NCBI GenBank assembly: GCA_963778115.1
Contig: CAVZSV010000004.1
Coordinates: forward strand, 768,001-832,000
Length of the DNA: 64,000 bases
Source of the DNA: an uncultured delta proteobacterium
Lineage (GTDB): Bacteria > Bdellovibrionota > FAC87 > UBA2466
Reading direction: 5' to 3'
The position numbers and the translations under genes were made by a program. The notes under the pieces were generated by a model. The model saw nothing but the letters and a program-made list of their open reading frames with translations. It was not told the origin of the DNA and made no database searches. Shown in pieces: positions 42,064 to 51,239 of the stretch (position 1 is its first letter; each line of letters starts with the position of its first letter).

Positions 42064-42072
42064 ATTATAGCA
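42064..42072 (-). promoter_or_regulatory. Extended -10 promoter
   Basis: TGCTATAAT upstream of the 41991 start. Confidence 0.4.
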
Positions 42073-42100
42073 GAAGGGTTAGGAGTGGTGATCGAAGTTT

Positions 42101-45100
42101 TCAATTGTTTGAAGGGGTTGCCACATGCCTGCGACGCACACTATCCAAATATCGACGCCACGCGGTTTGGTAGGAGAGGTTCGAATTGGTTTTTCGCACT
42201 ATGGCAAAATATTTCATAAACTGATCCGTTCTTCGCGCATCGCCTGTTACTTGCTGCGTTAAGCTTTGTACCACCTCCAGGTAATTCTCATCCCCATTAA
42301 GAGCCAGAATATCTTCGGGAGTCAGCCTCTTTTCATTCACCAAACGCAGTTGCTCCGCCGGATTAGTGGGAAGGCTATTGGTATAGTCATTTAATAAAAC
42401 ATCCCACTGATCCGCTGGCGTTTCTCCGTTGGTAGGCGCGGCACGATAGCGATTCGAGAACTCAGCCAGTCTTTGCCCATCCAGTCCTTTCTCTCGCGCC
42501 GCAGCGAACAATAAAGTGTTCTGCTCCTCATCATTACTAGTAGGCCCCATGGGTGGACGGAAACGAATATAAGCTTCCGGCTTTAGGGATACTAATTCGG
42601 CGGCCCATAGATTTCGCTTCGCTGCCAGGGAAGGATCATTCCCTTCGGGATCACCACTCCCGGCTTCTGGAAGCGAAGCAAGATCTTTTTCGATAGTCTC
42701 GGTGGCCGCCTTAGTCACTTCCGAGAAATTATGTTGTAACGATTGGCGCGGGCTTGTTCCCTCTTTGATCAATTGAGAGATGGCCACCTGAAGTCGCTCT
42801 GGAGTTAGCCTCATGTTATTAGCCATCCACTTAAGGGCCTTTGCGCTTTCTCCTTCGGGGGTTGTTTCGGCCGATTTCGCCATACCGTCCATCTCTTTCA
42901 AAGACATTTGTCCAAAAGCCGCTTGGAGCAACTGCGAAGCTTGAGTCGGCCTCTTACCGAACCGTTGCAAAAACCTATCGAAAGCGGATGGCTCCGCGGC
43001 CTCTCCAGCTCGTTGCGCGATCTCCACAAAAGTCGGTGTCACCTCTCCCGGCAGGTGAGGAGCCGCTAATGCAGTAAGCTCCTTTCTAAGCCGAGACATG
43101 GATGCCATTCGTACCGCCTGCGAAGCAAAGTAACTGTGCGGCCCCACTTCCGCGAGCATACTCTGTGCGATGGTGCTGAAGTATCCCGTCTCAGCGAGCT
43201 GCTTGTCTATCTCAGCGAGATCCGCTTTGAGTTGAATCGCTTCGGATCCTCTTGCCCCTTTGAGTTTCTCTTCAAGAGAATCTTTCCGCGTTTGGAGTGC
43301 CGTTCTCATTTTATTCACTTCATAGGCCGTCATTCCAGCGGTAATAGACTGATTAGTCCCGAAAGAAAGAAGCCATTGCGCCCATTCGTTGTCTTTGAAA
43401 AAAGAGATTCCGGCTAACTTCTGGTCCAGAGCAAACATCAACATGGCAGTCTGCCCGGCTGACATCAAAGAGGTCTTAAGACTGTCGCCCCAATCCATTC
43501 GGCTGCCATCGTGAATGGAATTATAAACGTCGGCCCCCATGTGAGTGCCGAAAGCGCCTCCAAACATCCCCAGCATCTGAGCCGAAGTTTCGCCAAGTGC
43601 TAACTGAGCCTGCAATACCGCTCCTAGTCCTGCGCCCGCTCCGAATGTCGCCCCCGATTTAAGAATTCCTGGCCCTTCCGCACTCCAATTAAAATTCTTA
43701 TCTGGGTTAAATCCTAGCAGTGGGATGTATTCCCGCTTAACGATATCTCCGCCAAGGTGTAAACCAGCACCAAATGCCGCACTATGAAGTACTTTTGCAA
43801 GTAACGCTGCTTGTCCCACTCCCGGAATAAAATTAGAGGCGATAAGAGCGGCTGTCGTAGCGGTGGAGACGCCTCGCCAGTACTCGTCATTTTGAATGTT
43901 CTTGATCGTCTGATTCACGTCGACGATGACACCATTCTTGTACTCACTCTCATAATGGTTACCCAAGAACTTGGAAGGTAACGGGACTCCTAAGCCGTCC
44001 GGATCGACGGAGATAGTTCCAAACCTCTTGAGGGCTGCTACATTATCCAAGATTCCCTGCATATTTTTGCCTAGATCCTTATGCATGGCGTAGCGGGTTC
44101 CGAGAAAGTAGTCGTGCATCTGCTGAAAACCGTAAGCATGATTGGATTCGTATCGGAGATCTTTTAACTTCTCCGAATTTTGGTTTCTAGTCTCTTTTGC
44201 CGCTCTTGCAATGAGATTCGCCTGCTTTCGAAGCGGGGCCGCATCTTCAAATACGAAGTGGTACTCCCCGTCCTTGTTACGAGAAACCCTAACGGCAATA
44301 TCCAGGGAAGGATCTAGATCCTTGATGTGTCCGTTCTCGTCTATCGGTCCTTGGGGGTGGTGAAGCTCTAATACTTCGGGCAGCCCTTCTTGTTGCCACC
44401 TTCCCACCAAAGCTCTCTTCAACGCATTCCAAGACGATTCCGTCTCTTGTCCGGGCTCCGCGCGGGAGACTCCGATAAACGGCGTGTACTCGTCCAAGAC
44501 TTTTTTCAATTGGACTTCGTCGACAGGTAATTTCAACTTGAGCGGATCCGGATTTTCGGGATCGATGCCGTAGGGACTTACCTTAGCAAGGGCTTCACTT
44601 TTCCCATCGAGAAACGCTTTCTGCGCCTTGCCTACTTCTCCTATTATCGACGCCAAATCCGCTTCCTTCAGTGGGTACCCAGCAGCACCGGACTTTGCCT
44701 CAGCGAGCAGTTTTTGGTAACGGGGATCTTGATCGGGATTAGAGGCATTCGCCAAAATTTTTCCGAGCCGCTCCGCCTTTTCGCGCCATTCAAAATACTG
44801 ATGGTTTCTTCTCACCAAAAGATCTTTGGTCCCCTGCAAAGGAGTACTCTTTATTTGTGAGGAGAGGAAGTCGTCCAAGGTCTTCGGGCCTAAATCGCGA
44901 TTATCAGGGTTCGAGAATTTTTCATTAAGCGCTTTCGCTCTTTTCGCGAAATTCCCATCGTTCAACACCGCCGTTTTTTCGTGCTCCTTAAGCTGCTTGG
45001 CCAGTAAAGTTAACTCTTCGTTCATCTGCTTAAGAGCGGCCCTGTCGGCAGCCATTCTTTGTAACTTCAGTTCCCGTTGTTCGGCGGGAATCGCTTTATC

Positions 45101-48100
45101 CAAAAATTCGGGCTTTTTGACAAGTTCATCATCATCTTTGATCTTCTGCAGAAGCGGTTCACGCTCCTGCATGATTTCACCCATCCGATTTCGGGTCACA
45201 ATCTGCTGAAACTGAGTTTCGTCGAGAGACTTTTCCCTTTCCTTGGCCAATTCCTCGTAGGCTCGCTCGCGAGGGGTATTCTTGGCGTCTTGGCGCTCTT
45301 GCTTCCACCGGCTCCATAAATTTTCTAGTGAGCGAGCAGTGGGAGCTTTGCCCCCTGAAGTCATCTCTGAAAATCCGAGCAGCGCCTGCACTCGGTTCGT
45401 ATCGTCGTGAACATACGCACGGGGAAACGTCCGGTTCATCGTTTCATGAGTGGGAACCAAAGCTCTTTGCTCGACGGGCAGCTTAGCCAAAGCTCTGTCG
45501 TAAGCGGTCAACCAAGGGAGTAAGAGCCTCGTGTCGGCGGTGGAACTTGCCGCCATCAAGTTCCGATGCTCTTGCATGAGCAGCGGAATAAATTTATCCA
45601 TGGCCTCTTTGACTTCGGGTTTATCCCCGTGGTCGAACTCAGCCTGTTTTCGAAGGAACTTGTCGATAGAGGCCGCCGGATTGCCCAAGGCCTTTCTCAC
45701 TTTCTTCAAGAAAAGATCGACATCGGGATTTGAAAGAACCGCTTTTATCTGTTTGTCTTTACCCCCGTCCGAAGCAAAATTCTTGCTCTGAGCGACTAAG
45801 GCCGACATCTGTCCTAGGATGGGCTTCCAATCTTTTCCTGGATGTTTCTTTTTAAAGTCCTCGATAAGCTCTAAAGTAATCTCATTTCTTACCTCGTCCT
45901 CGGCCTTACCCACAAACTCCTGGATGTGAGAAATCATTCTCTTTTGATAAGCCCCCTTCGCCCCGTTTTCTTCCGACAATAAAGCGGCGCGATCTTCCGC
46001 GTCTGGCCTCCATTCCCGCTGCAATCTGTCCTGAGCGATACTTAAGAGTTGGCCGCGGTGTTCAGGGTTTATTCTGCCGGTCTCTCGGATATCTTTCTTA
46101 ATTTGGTTCCTATATTCGGCCAAATCCAAATTAGCCAGGTTTTCGTATTCAAGCTCCTCGGGTGCTACGGTAGCCACTACTTGCCGAAGCTGCTCGGAAC
46201 TGCCTCCTTGGATGATCGCATCAAAGGCTTGTCTGTGATCGTCTTTCTTTACTTCAGGAGCATTTTTCACCAGGCGGTCCTCAAGCACTTGAGTCAAGTG
46301 AAGATCATCGCCACTCATCTGGTAAATTCTGGCCCTGGCCGGGGCGGAAAGCCCCCGAGAAAGATCAGTTGGTTTGGAGGGAGCCAAATCCAACAGATGC
46401 TGCAAATATTTCTTCTGGGCTACCGTCGCTTTGGCCTCGGCTTCGGCGGTCGATCTTAAAATCTGGGAAAGCTTCATAGGGTTGAAACGCTCAGAGCCGC
46501 CCTTGGCGGCCTCCTTAAATTTGGCGACCTCCCCTTCATCTTTGTCTCCCCGCTCATCGATAGCCGTGATGAGAAAGGTGAGTAACTGAGCCGCTTGATT
46601 GCCCCAGCTTTCGTCACGAAGGGTTTTCCCTTTCATGGATTCGAACCCTTTCAGTCTATTTTCGACCCCTTTGTTGTCCGTACTTGCTTCTAAATCCATT
46701 AACGTGTTGACCGCCCAGGTTCGGTAATTCTCAAGTTCCGCCGCTTTCAGTGAGGGCAAATGTTCGACCAAGCCGGCAAGATTTTTGTAAGGTCTAAAAA
46801 TCGAATTTCCATCGCCTTCGAACTGATGAAAAATGGCTCTTTCCTGGAGGTTGGGATTTCCTGGATCTGCTTTATACGCGTCAAGCAGTGTCTGCAGCCG
46901 GCGAGCATAAAGTTTGCTGGCCGTGGGATCACTCGCTACGAAGCTCAAAATTTTTCCCGGCCAAGGCGTTTGGATCAATTTCGAAGCTTCTCGATAAAAC
47001 CCCTCGGGATATGTCAGATCGTCCGCGTTTTTCCCCCGCGAATGGGCTATGGTATCTACAATGTCATAGAGAACGGGAGGCAACTCCTTTAGCGCTGAGC
47101 GAGTCTGGCCTGGCAGCCCGGAGAATCTTGTCGCTGGAAGAGAATCATTGGGAGGTTCCGTATGGGAATCTTTGGCAGCCTGTTTCGCCTCTCTCTGTCG
47201 GATCAGATTCTGATACCGGACCCCATTTTCGAAACTTCTAATAAAGTATTCAAACTGTCCTAACCCCGAGTTGAGGATATCGCGGGTGGTACCCTCGGGT
47301 CCTTTGTGCGAGTTATAGTTGGAATCTTTGATGTTAGTCGCAATATTATTGTGAACGTTTTCACGAAGTCTTTTTGCGTCTAGCTTTGCTATTTCAGCGA
47401 CTTCTCTTTCCAAAGACTTCTTCTCGTCCGGGAAAGGAAATTGAGAGTCAAAACCCTCCGGATCATGTCCTCTTAGACGATTGTCGATGGCGTGAATCAT
47501 CGACTCCAACCCTCGGGCTAAAAGGGCGACTCTTTGTTTGGTCGGCCCTTCTTTTCCAAAAAGGTTGTCGACCTTGAAAGAGCACTCAAGATAGGGACAG
47601 TTCAATAACTTCACATCCGTATTCTTGCCACTTTGAAAGTTACGCAATCGGCTAAGTTCCAAAAGATAGTAATATCTAGCTCGCTCTAGAGTGAGAACTC
47701 CGTCCGTCTCATCTATCATTTTGCTTGAAAACGATTCTAGCTCCTTCACGTCAAGCTTGGGATTTGCAAGCAATTCTCTTTGAACTTTGGGATCTTTGGC
47801 TTCCATTAATGGTTTGAAATAGTTCGTGACGTCGTGATTAACGAGCGTAATCGAACCGTTCTCCCGCTCCCAGATATTAAAATAATCATCGGGTGTCTTT
47901 TGTTGAGCGGTATCCTGACTAGCAATTCGGTCTTTGTCGTTGTGAATCGCCTTTTGAAGCCGTTCCGCCAGTTTCTTCTGCCCTTCTTGAGTCGTGGTTT
48001 CTAACGGAGGATCCCCTGCGGCGCTTCTTGCAAATTCGTGAGCGATAAGACTATCCGGTGCATCCGTCATCAGACTAAGCAACTCTTTAGGCCCATTTTT

Positions 48101-49057
48101 TGTTGCAAGCTGCGCTCGAAAGTGTTTCGGCAGAGCCGGCTCCCAAACCAACCGCTTGGTCGGATTGGAGGAAGGAAAGTTACGATAATAGGTTAGAAGT
48201 CCCTTATAGAGATCGCGCTGTTCTTTGGTTCCATGGACAAGCTTACTGATCCAATCTTTGGCATCCGCGCTTTTCCCACGAATTACCATCCTCTGCAGGT
48301 CGGTAGCGGTCTTGGCTACTGGCCCCTTAGCATCGTTATAGTCAATATTTAAGGCGTGAGCATTGGCATCCAGGCCAAAAAATTTCCGAAGGGTGCCCTT
48401 AGCATTGGCCACTTCAGTCGCGTATTTAAATTCGTCCTGCCGCTGAGCCGCCAGCTTACCGTTCATCGGATTATCTTCCGGTGAGATATTGAGAAGTGCC
48501 CCCACGATCTTTCCGTAAGCCGGAGAACAGAGATTTTTTGCCAACGCCTGCTGGAGGCTATAAGGAGTGGGCTCCCCCCATAGGATAGTTCGCAGCTGAG
48601 TGGCGGCGTAGCGCTCTTTGGTCTGCGGTGGATTTTTCTTTACACGATCTTCTTCCGCCTTTCCCTTAAAGTAATTAAATACGTAATGCTCAAAAGCTTC
48701 GTTGGAAGCCAAAGCAATTTCTGGAACTTCCGGCAGAACAAAAAACGCTCCCCCTGGACAAGGAACGGAGATTTTTACCGTGGAGCCCAGTCCAATTTCT
48801 ACTTTGGTCTTTGGCCTTAGTTCGTAATAGAGCAGCTTCTCTAACTTCTCTTTGACGCTGCGATTGGCGTCGGCCAGATGATTTAGTTCATTGGCATTGG
48901 GAGTCTGATTCACGGCTGCCTTAGTGGCTTCTGGCTCTAGTTCCTTGCCTTCCCTATCATGGGCTTTTAGAAGCGCTTCGAGCCGCTTCCGACTTGTCCC
49001 ATCCAGAGGAGTCTTATCCTTCTCCCGGGACTCTATCTCTTTGCTCAAAAGAATCAT
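42101..49057 (-). CDS. Giant helical hypothetical protein (probable C-terminal part of a ~2,950-aa gene) with a Gly/Ala-rich hydrophobic block
   Basis: 2318-aa open frame; hydrophobic block at about 43320-43880; no properly spaced SD and an in-frame stop 4 codons upstream. Confidence 0.75.
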   Translation of the reverse strand: MILLSKEIESREKDKTPLDGTSRKRLEALLKAHDREGKELEPEATKAAVNQTPNANELNHLADANRSVKEKLEKLLYYELRPKTKVEIGLGSTVKISVPCPGGAFFVLPEVPEIALASNEAFEHYVFNYFKGKAEEDRVKKNPPQTKERYAATQLRTILWGEPTPYSLQQALAKNLCSPAYGKIVGALLNISPEDNPMNGKLAAQRQDEFKYATEVANAKGTLRKFFGLDANAHALNIDYNDAKGPVAKTATDLQRMVIRGKSADAKDWISKLVHGTKEQRDLYKGLLTYYRNFPSSNPTKRLVWEPALPKHFRAQLATKNGPKELLSLMTDAPDSLIAHEFARSAAGDPPLETTTQEGQKKLAERLQKAIHNDKDRIASQDTAQQKTPDDYFNIWERENGSITLVNHDVTNYFKPLMEAKDPKVQRELLANPKLDVKELESFSSKMIDETDGVLTLERARYYYLLELSRLRNFQSGKNTDVKLLNCPYLECSFKVDNLFGKEGPTKQRVALLARGLESMIHAIDNRLRGHDPEGFDSQFPFPDEKKSLEREVAEIAKLDAKRLRENVHNNIATNIKDSNYNSHKGPEGTTRDILNSGLGQFEYFIRSFENGVRYQNLIRQREAKQAAKDSHTEPPNDSLPATRFSGLPGQTRSALKELPPVLYDIVDTIAHSRGKNADDLTYPEGFYREASKLIQTPWPGKILSFVASDPTASKLYARRLQTLLDAYKADPGNPNLQERAIFHQFEGDGNSIFRPYKNLAGLVEHLPSLKAAELENYRTWAVNTLMDLEASTDNKGVENRLKGFESMKGKTLRDESWGNQAAQLLTFLITAIDERGDKDEGEVAKFKEAAKGGSERFNPMKLSQILRSTAEAEAKATVAQKKYLQHLLDLAPSKPTDLSRGLSAPARARIYQMSGDDLHLTQVLEDRLVKNAPEVKKDDHRQAFDAIIQGGSSEQLRQVVATVAPEELEYENLANLDLAEYRNQIKKDIRETGRINPEHRGQLLSIAQDRLQREWRPDAEDRAALLSEENGAKGAYQKRMISHIQEFVGKAEDEVRNEITLELIEDFKKKHPGKDWKPILGQMSALVAQSKNFASDGGKDKQIKAVLSNPDVDLFLKKVRKALGNPAASIDKFLRKQAEFDHGDKPEVKEAMDKFIPLLMQEHRNLMAASSTADTRLLLPWLTAYDRALAKLPVEQRALVPTHETMNRTFPRAYVHDDTNRVQALLGFSEMTSGGKAPTARSLENLWSRWKQERQDAKNTPRERAYEELAKEREKSLDETQFQQIVTRNRMGEIMQEREPLLQKIKDDDELVKKPEFLDKAIPAEQRELKLQRMAADRAALKQMNEELTLLAKQLKEHEKTAVLNDGNFAKRAKALNEKFSNPDNRDLGPKTLDDFLSSQIKSTPLQGTKDLLVRRNHQYFEWREKAERLGKILANASNPDQDPRYQKLLAEAKSGAAGYPLKEADLASIIGEVGKAQKAFLDGKSEALAKVSPYGIDPENPDPLKLKLPVDEVQLKKVLDEYTPFIGVSRAEPGQETESSWNALKRALVGRWQQEGLPEVLELHHPQGPIDENGHIKDLDPSLDIAVRVSRNKDGEYHFVFEDAAPLRKQANLIARAAKETRNQNSEKLKDLRYESNHAYGFQQMHDYFLGTRYAMHKDLGKNMQGILDNVAALKRFGTISVDPDGLGVPLPSKFLGNHYESEYKNGVIVDVNQTIKNIQNDEYWRGVSTATTAALIASNFIPGVGQAALLAKVLHSAAFGAGLHLGGDIVKREYIPLLGFNPDKNFNWSAEGPGILKSGATFGAGAGLGAVLQAQLALGETSAQMLGMFGGAFGTHMGADVYNSIHDGSRMDWGDSLKTSLMSAGQTAMLMFALDQKLAGISFFKDNEWAQWLLSFGTNQSITAGMTAYEVNKMRTALQTRKDSLEEKLKGARGSEAIQLKADLAEIDKQLAETGYFSTIAQSMLAEVGPHSYFASQAVRMASMSRLRKELTALAAPHLPGEVTPTFVEIAQRAGEAAEPSAFDRFLQRFGKRPTQASQLLQAAFGQMSLKEMDGMAKSAETTPEGESAKALKWMANNMRLTPERLQVAISQLIKEGTSPRQSLQHNFSEVTKAATETIEKDLASLPEAGSGDPEGNDPSLAAKRNLWAAELVSLKPEAYIRFRPPMGPTSNDEEQNTLLFAAAREKGLDGQRLAEFSNRYRAAPTNGETPADQWDVLLNDYTNSLPTNPAEQLRLVNEKRLTPEDILALNGDENYLEVVQSLTQQVTGDARRTDQFMKYFAIVRKTNSNLSYQTAWRRYLDSVRRRHVATPSNN

Positions 49058-50957
49058 TCTCCAAATTCATCGTATGGGTTCTGGGCAGAACCCCTCTACC
49101 ACTTTTGACATCCTTCCCATACGCCTCTTGAAGCTGTTGTAATTGCAGCCATGCTTTGACGGCATTTATCGCTTCGGGGGACGGGGGTTTCTCTCGCGTC
49201 TTGGCATCACAAGCTTCAACCCCGCACAATTGTTGACTGAGACTTTTGCCCAAGTCAGATTTGAGGACACTGTCAAAATAATCCTCCAGCGCCCCAGTCG
49301 TGGGAAACTTCGGTGAACCTGTTTTAGATTCCGCCGCATCCATTTCGTTCCATAAATCTTTTAGAATCTTGGGGCGTTCTTCTTTGATGAACTCGACCGA
49401 TTTCTGCCTGTCGTTGATGGAAAAGAGCTCGGGAGCCAGGTGCGAAAGCTTGGTAGGATCGAACCCCAACGTAGGACCGCTTTTTTCATCTTTAGCGGGA
49501 TTTAGTTTGAGAGCCTGAAAAATTTCTGCGCGGTCCTTTTCTCCCGGATCGTCCTTTGAGTTTAACAATCCACTAAAGAGGGGAATATTACGCAGCTTAT
49601 CTTTGACTCCTTCGTCGTTCGGAGGGTTTATTTGATCGATATCTCTGAAGTCAGAGGCCAGCTGCTTGAAACTGTTGTCTTCCGAAGATCGCGCGTTCAT
49701 TTGCTCTAGCAGTGTAATTTCATCTGGAGTTAGCTCTCGCCCATGCTTATGCGCGATTTCGACAAGGCTTTGAACGGGGCGAGAATCCTTTTGCCGCTCC
49801 ATCTCCTCGGCGGAGTTCGCGCTGTACAAATATTCCATCAGCTTGTCACGGGAATGAGCACGTCTCTTATCTCTGGCGTCTGAACTATCCCGCCCCTGTG
49901 TTTCCAGAGCGCTGTCCCAAAACTCTTTAAGGTCGTCAGTAAAATTCTCAACTTTCTTACGAAGGGGAGGAGCTAGGCCGTGAGGCACATCATTGCGACG
50001 ATGGTTGTACCGACGCACAAAGTTAGCGATCCCACAAAGCCTTCCGTAGTCTCCGCGCTTCTGGGGGTCCGTATTGCACCGGAGTCTTCTTTCTTCTAAA
50101 CGCTGTTTTTCAGCTTCTTGCGTAGTCGGCGTGGGGGGAAGCGTGAACGAGAAAGGTAACTTCTGAGTAAATCCTATGAGTTCGGGAAACTGAATCTCCG
50201 GTTTTGATTCTTGCGTAACAATTTTGGTCGAGTTTTCGTCAAGCCGACGCATCAGCGCTTCTTCGATGAGCGAAAGTTTCAAAAAATTAAGTCCACTGTC
50301 GGTCAGTGATTTCAGACTCGAATCGTTCTTAAGCCAATCCTGCCATGGCTTGGTGCCCGTGCCCGTCGCGCCGTTGACGGTCTGGCTTATAGGCATCCCC
50401 AATTTTATGAGATCGGCCAATTGACTTTGATAGGCATTATCGAAAAGGGCATTACCACCGAACACAGCCTCCCAATCTGTTTCCTGAGCCCCGCGAAGTT
50501 GCCTGGGATCGGTAATCGCTTTGGTGGGAGGATAGAACCTATTATTTTTTCTTCTTTGGTTAATCTCGTTCGCCAGCGCGCTGCGAAATCTCTCAATGCC
50601 GTTGGCTTCGATCAGATCGGCCGAGTAACTCCACGCCAATAGATCGCCGTCGGTCATTCGGGGGACATTTGCCGTCAACTTGTTGAGCGATTCTAAAGTG
50701 GACAGCTGTTTTTGAGTGGACTCAAAGACTGCTCGCTTTGCGTACGATAGATATTCAAAAATTTTATCTAGGGAAGAGATCGAAAAATACCGGACGTCGT
50801 TGAAAAAACTTCTTGAGCATCCGCGAAGAATAGGGGTTGCCGAGTCCCCGCTTTGGGCGCGATCAGAAGCTTCTGAATGGGTCCCTGCCCTAAGGCTTGT
50901 AGCCAAGAACATGCCCATCATAAAAACTAGAAAGGCCATTTTTGAGCGATAGTTCAT
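49014..50957 (-). CDS. Secreted hypothetical protein (probable N-terminal part of the giant gene)
   Basis: ATG 50957 with GAGG SD, signal peptide MNYRSKMAFLVFMMGMFLATSLRA, 44-nt overlap with the next ORF. Confidence 0.7.
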   Translation of the reverse strand: MNYRSKMAFLVFMMGMFLATSLRAGTHSEASDRAQSGDSATPILRGCSRSFFNDVRYFSISSLDKIFEYLSYAKRAVFESTQKQLSTLESLNKLTANVPRMTDGDLLAWSYSADLIEANGIERFRSALANEINQRRKNNRFYPPTKAITDPRQLRGAQETDWEAVFGGNALFDNAYQSQLADLIKLGMPISQTVNGATGTGTKPWQDWLKNDSSLKSLTDSGLNFLKLSLIEEALMRRLDENSTKIVTQESKPEIQFPELIGFTQKLPFSFTLPPTPTTQEAEKQRLEERRLRCNTDPQKRGDYGRLCGIANFVRRYNHRRNDVPHGLAPPLRKKVENFTDDLKEFWDSALETQGRDSSDARDKRRAHSRDKLMEYLYSANSAEEMERQKDSRPVQSLVEIAHKHGRELTPDEITLLEQMNARSSEDNSFKQLASDFRDIDQINPPNDEGVKDKLRNIPLFSGLLNSKDDPGEKDRAEIFQALKLNPAKDEKSGPTLGFDPTKLSHLAPELFSINDRQKSVEFIKEERPKILKDLWNEMDAAESKTGSPKFPTTGALEDYFDSVLKSDLGKSLSQQLCGVEACDAKTREKPPSPEAINAVKAWLQLQQLQEAYGKDVKSGRGVLPRTHTMNLENDSFEQRDRVPGEG

Positions 50958-50973
50958 GTTCCTCAAATAAGAG

Positions 50974-50990
50974 TGCAACGGCAGTGCCGG
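50974..50990 (-). promoter_or_regulatory. sigma54 (-24/-12) promoter
   Basis: CCGGCACTGCCGTTGCA (GG-N10-GC; GGCAC and TTGCA) just before SD and ATG 50957. Confidence 0.6.
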
Positions 50991-51011
50991 TAATGGAATC
51001 CGTACCCTCTC

Positions 51012-51039
51012 TTATCGTCAAAAGAACGTAATAAATTTA
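51012..51039 (-). promoter_or_regulatory. sigma28-like promoter
   Basis: TAAA-N16-GACGATAA. Confidence 0.35.
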
Positions 51040-51052
51040 ATCGCTTAGGTCG

Positions 51053-51069
51053 GTGACGTTTTACGTCAC
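51053..51069. promoter_or_regulatory. Palindromic operator / enhancer candidate
   Basis: GTGACGT-TTT-ACGTCAC perfect inverted repeat. Confidence 0.4.
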
Positions 51070-51239
51070 TCGTCTGATTTTTCCCGATTCCTTCCTGGGT
51101 TGACTGGGGTTTCGATAGGAAAAGGCGAAGACGCCATGAGATGAGCCCTTTACCACGTAAAATCTAATACTTAGCCCCCTCGACAAGGTTATGGACAACT
51201 CTCACTTCTCGTCGATTACCTTCCTTTCGGACGCTATTT

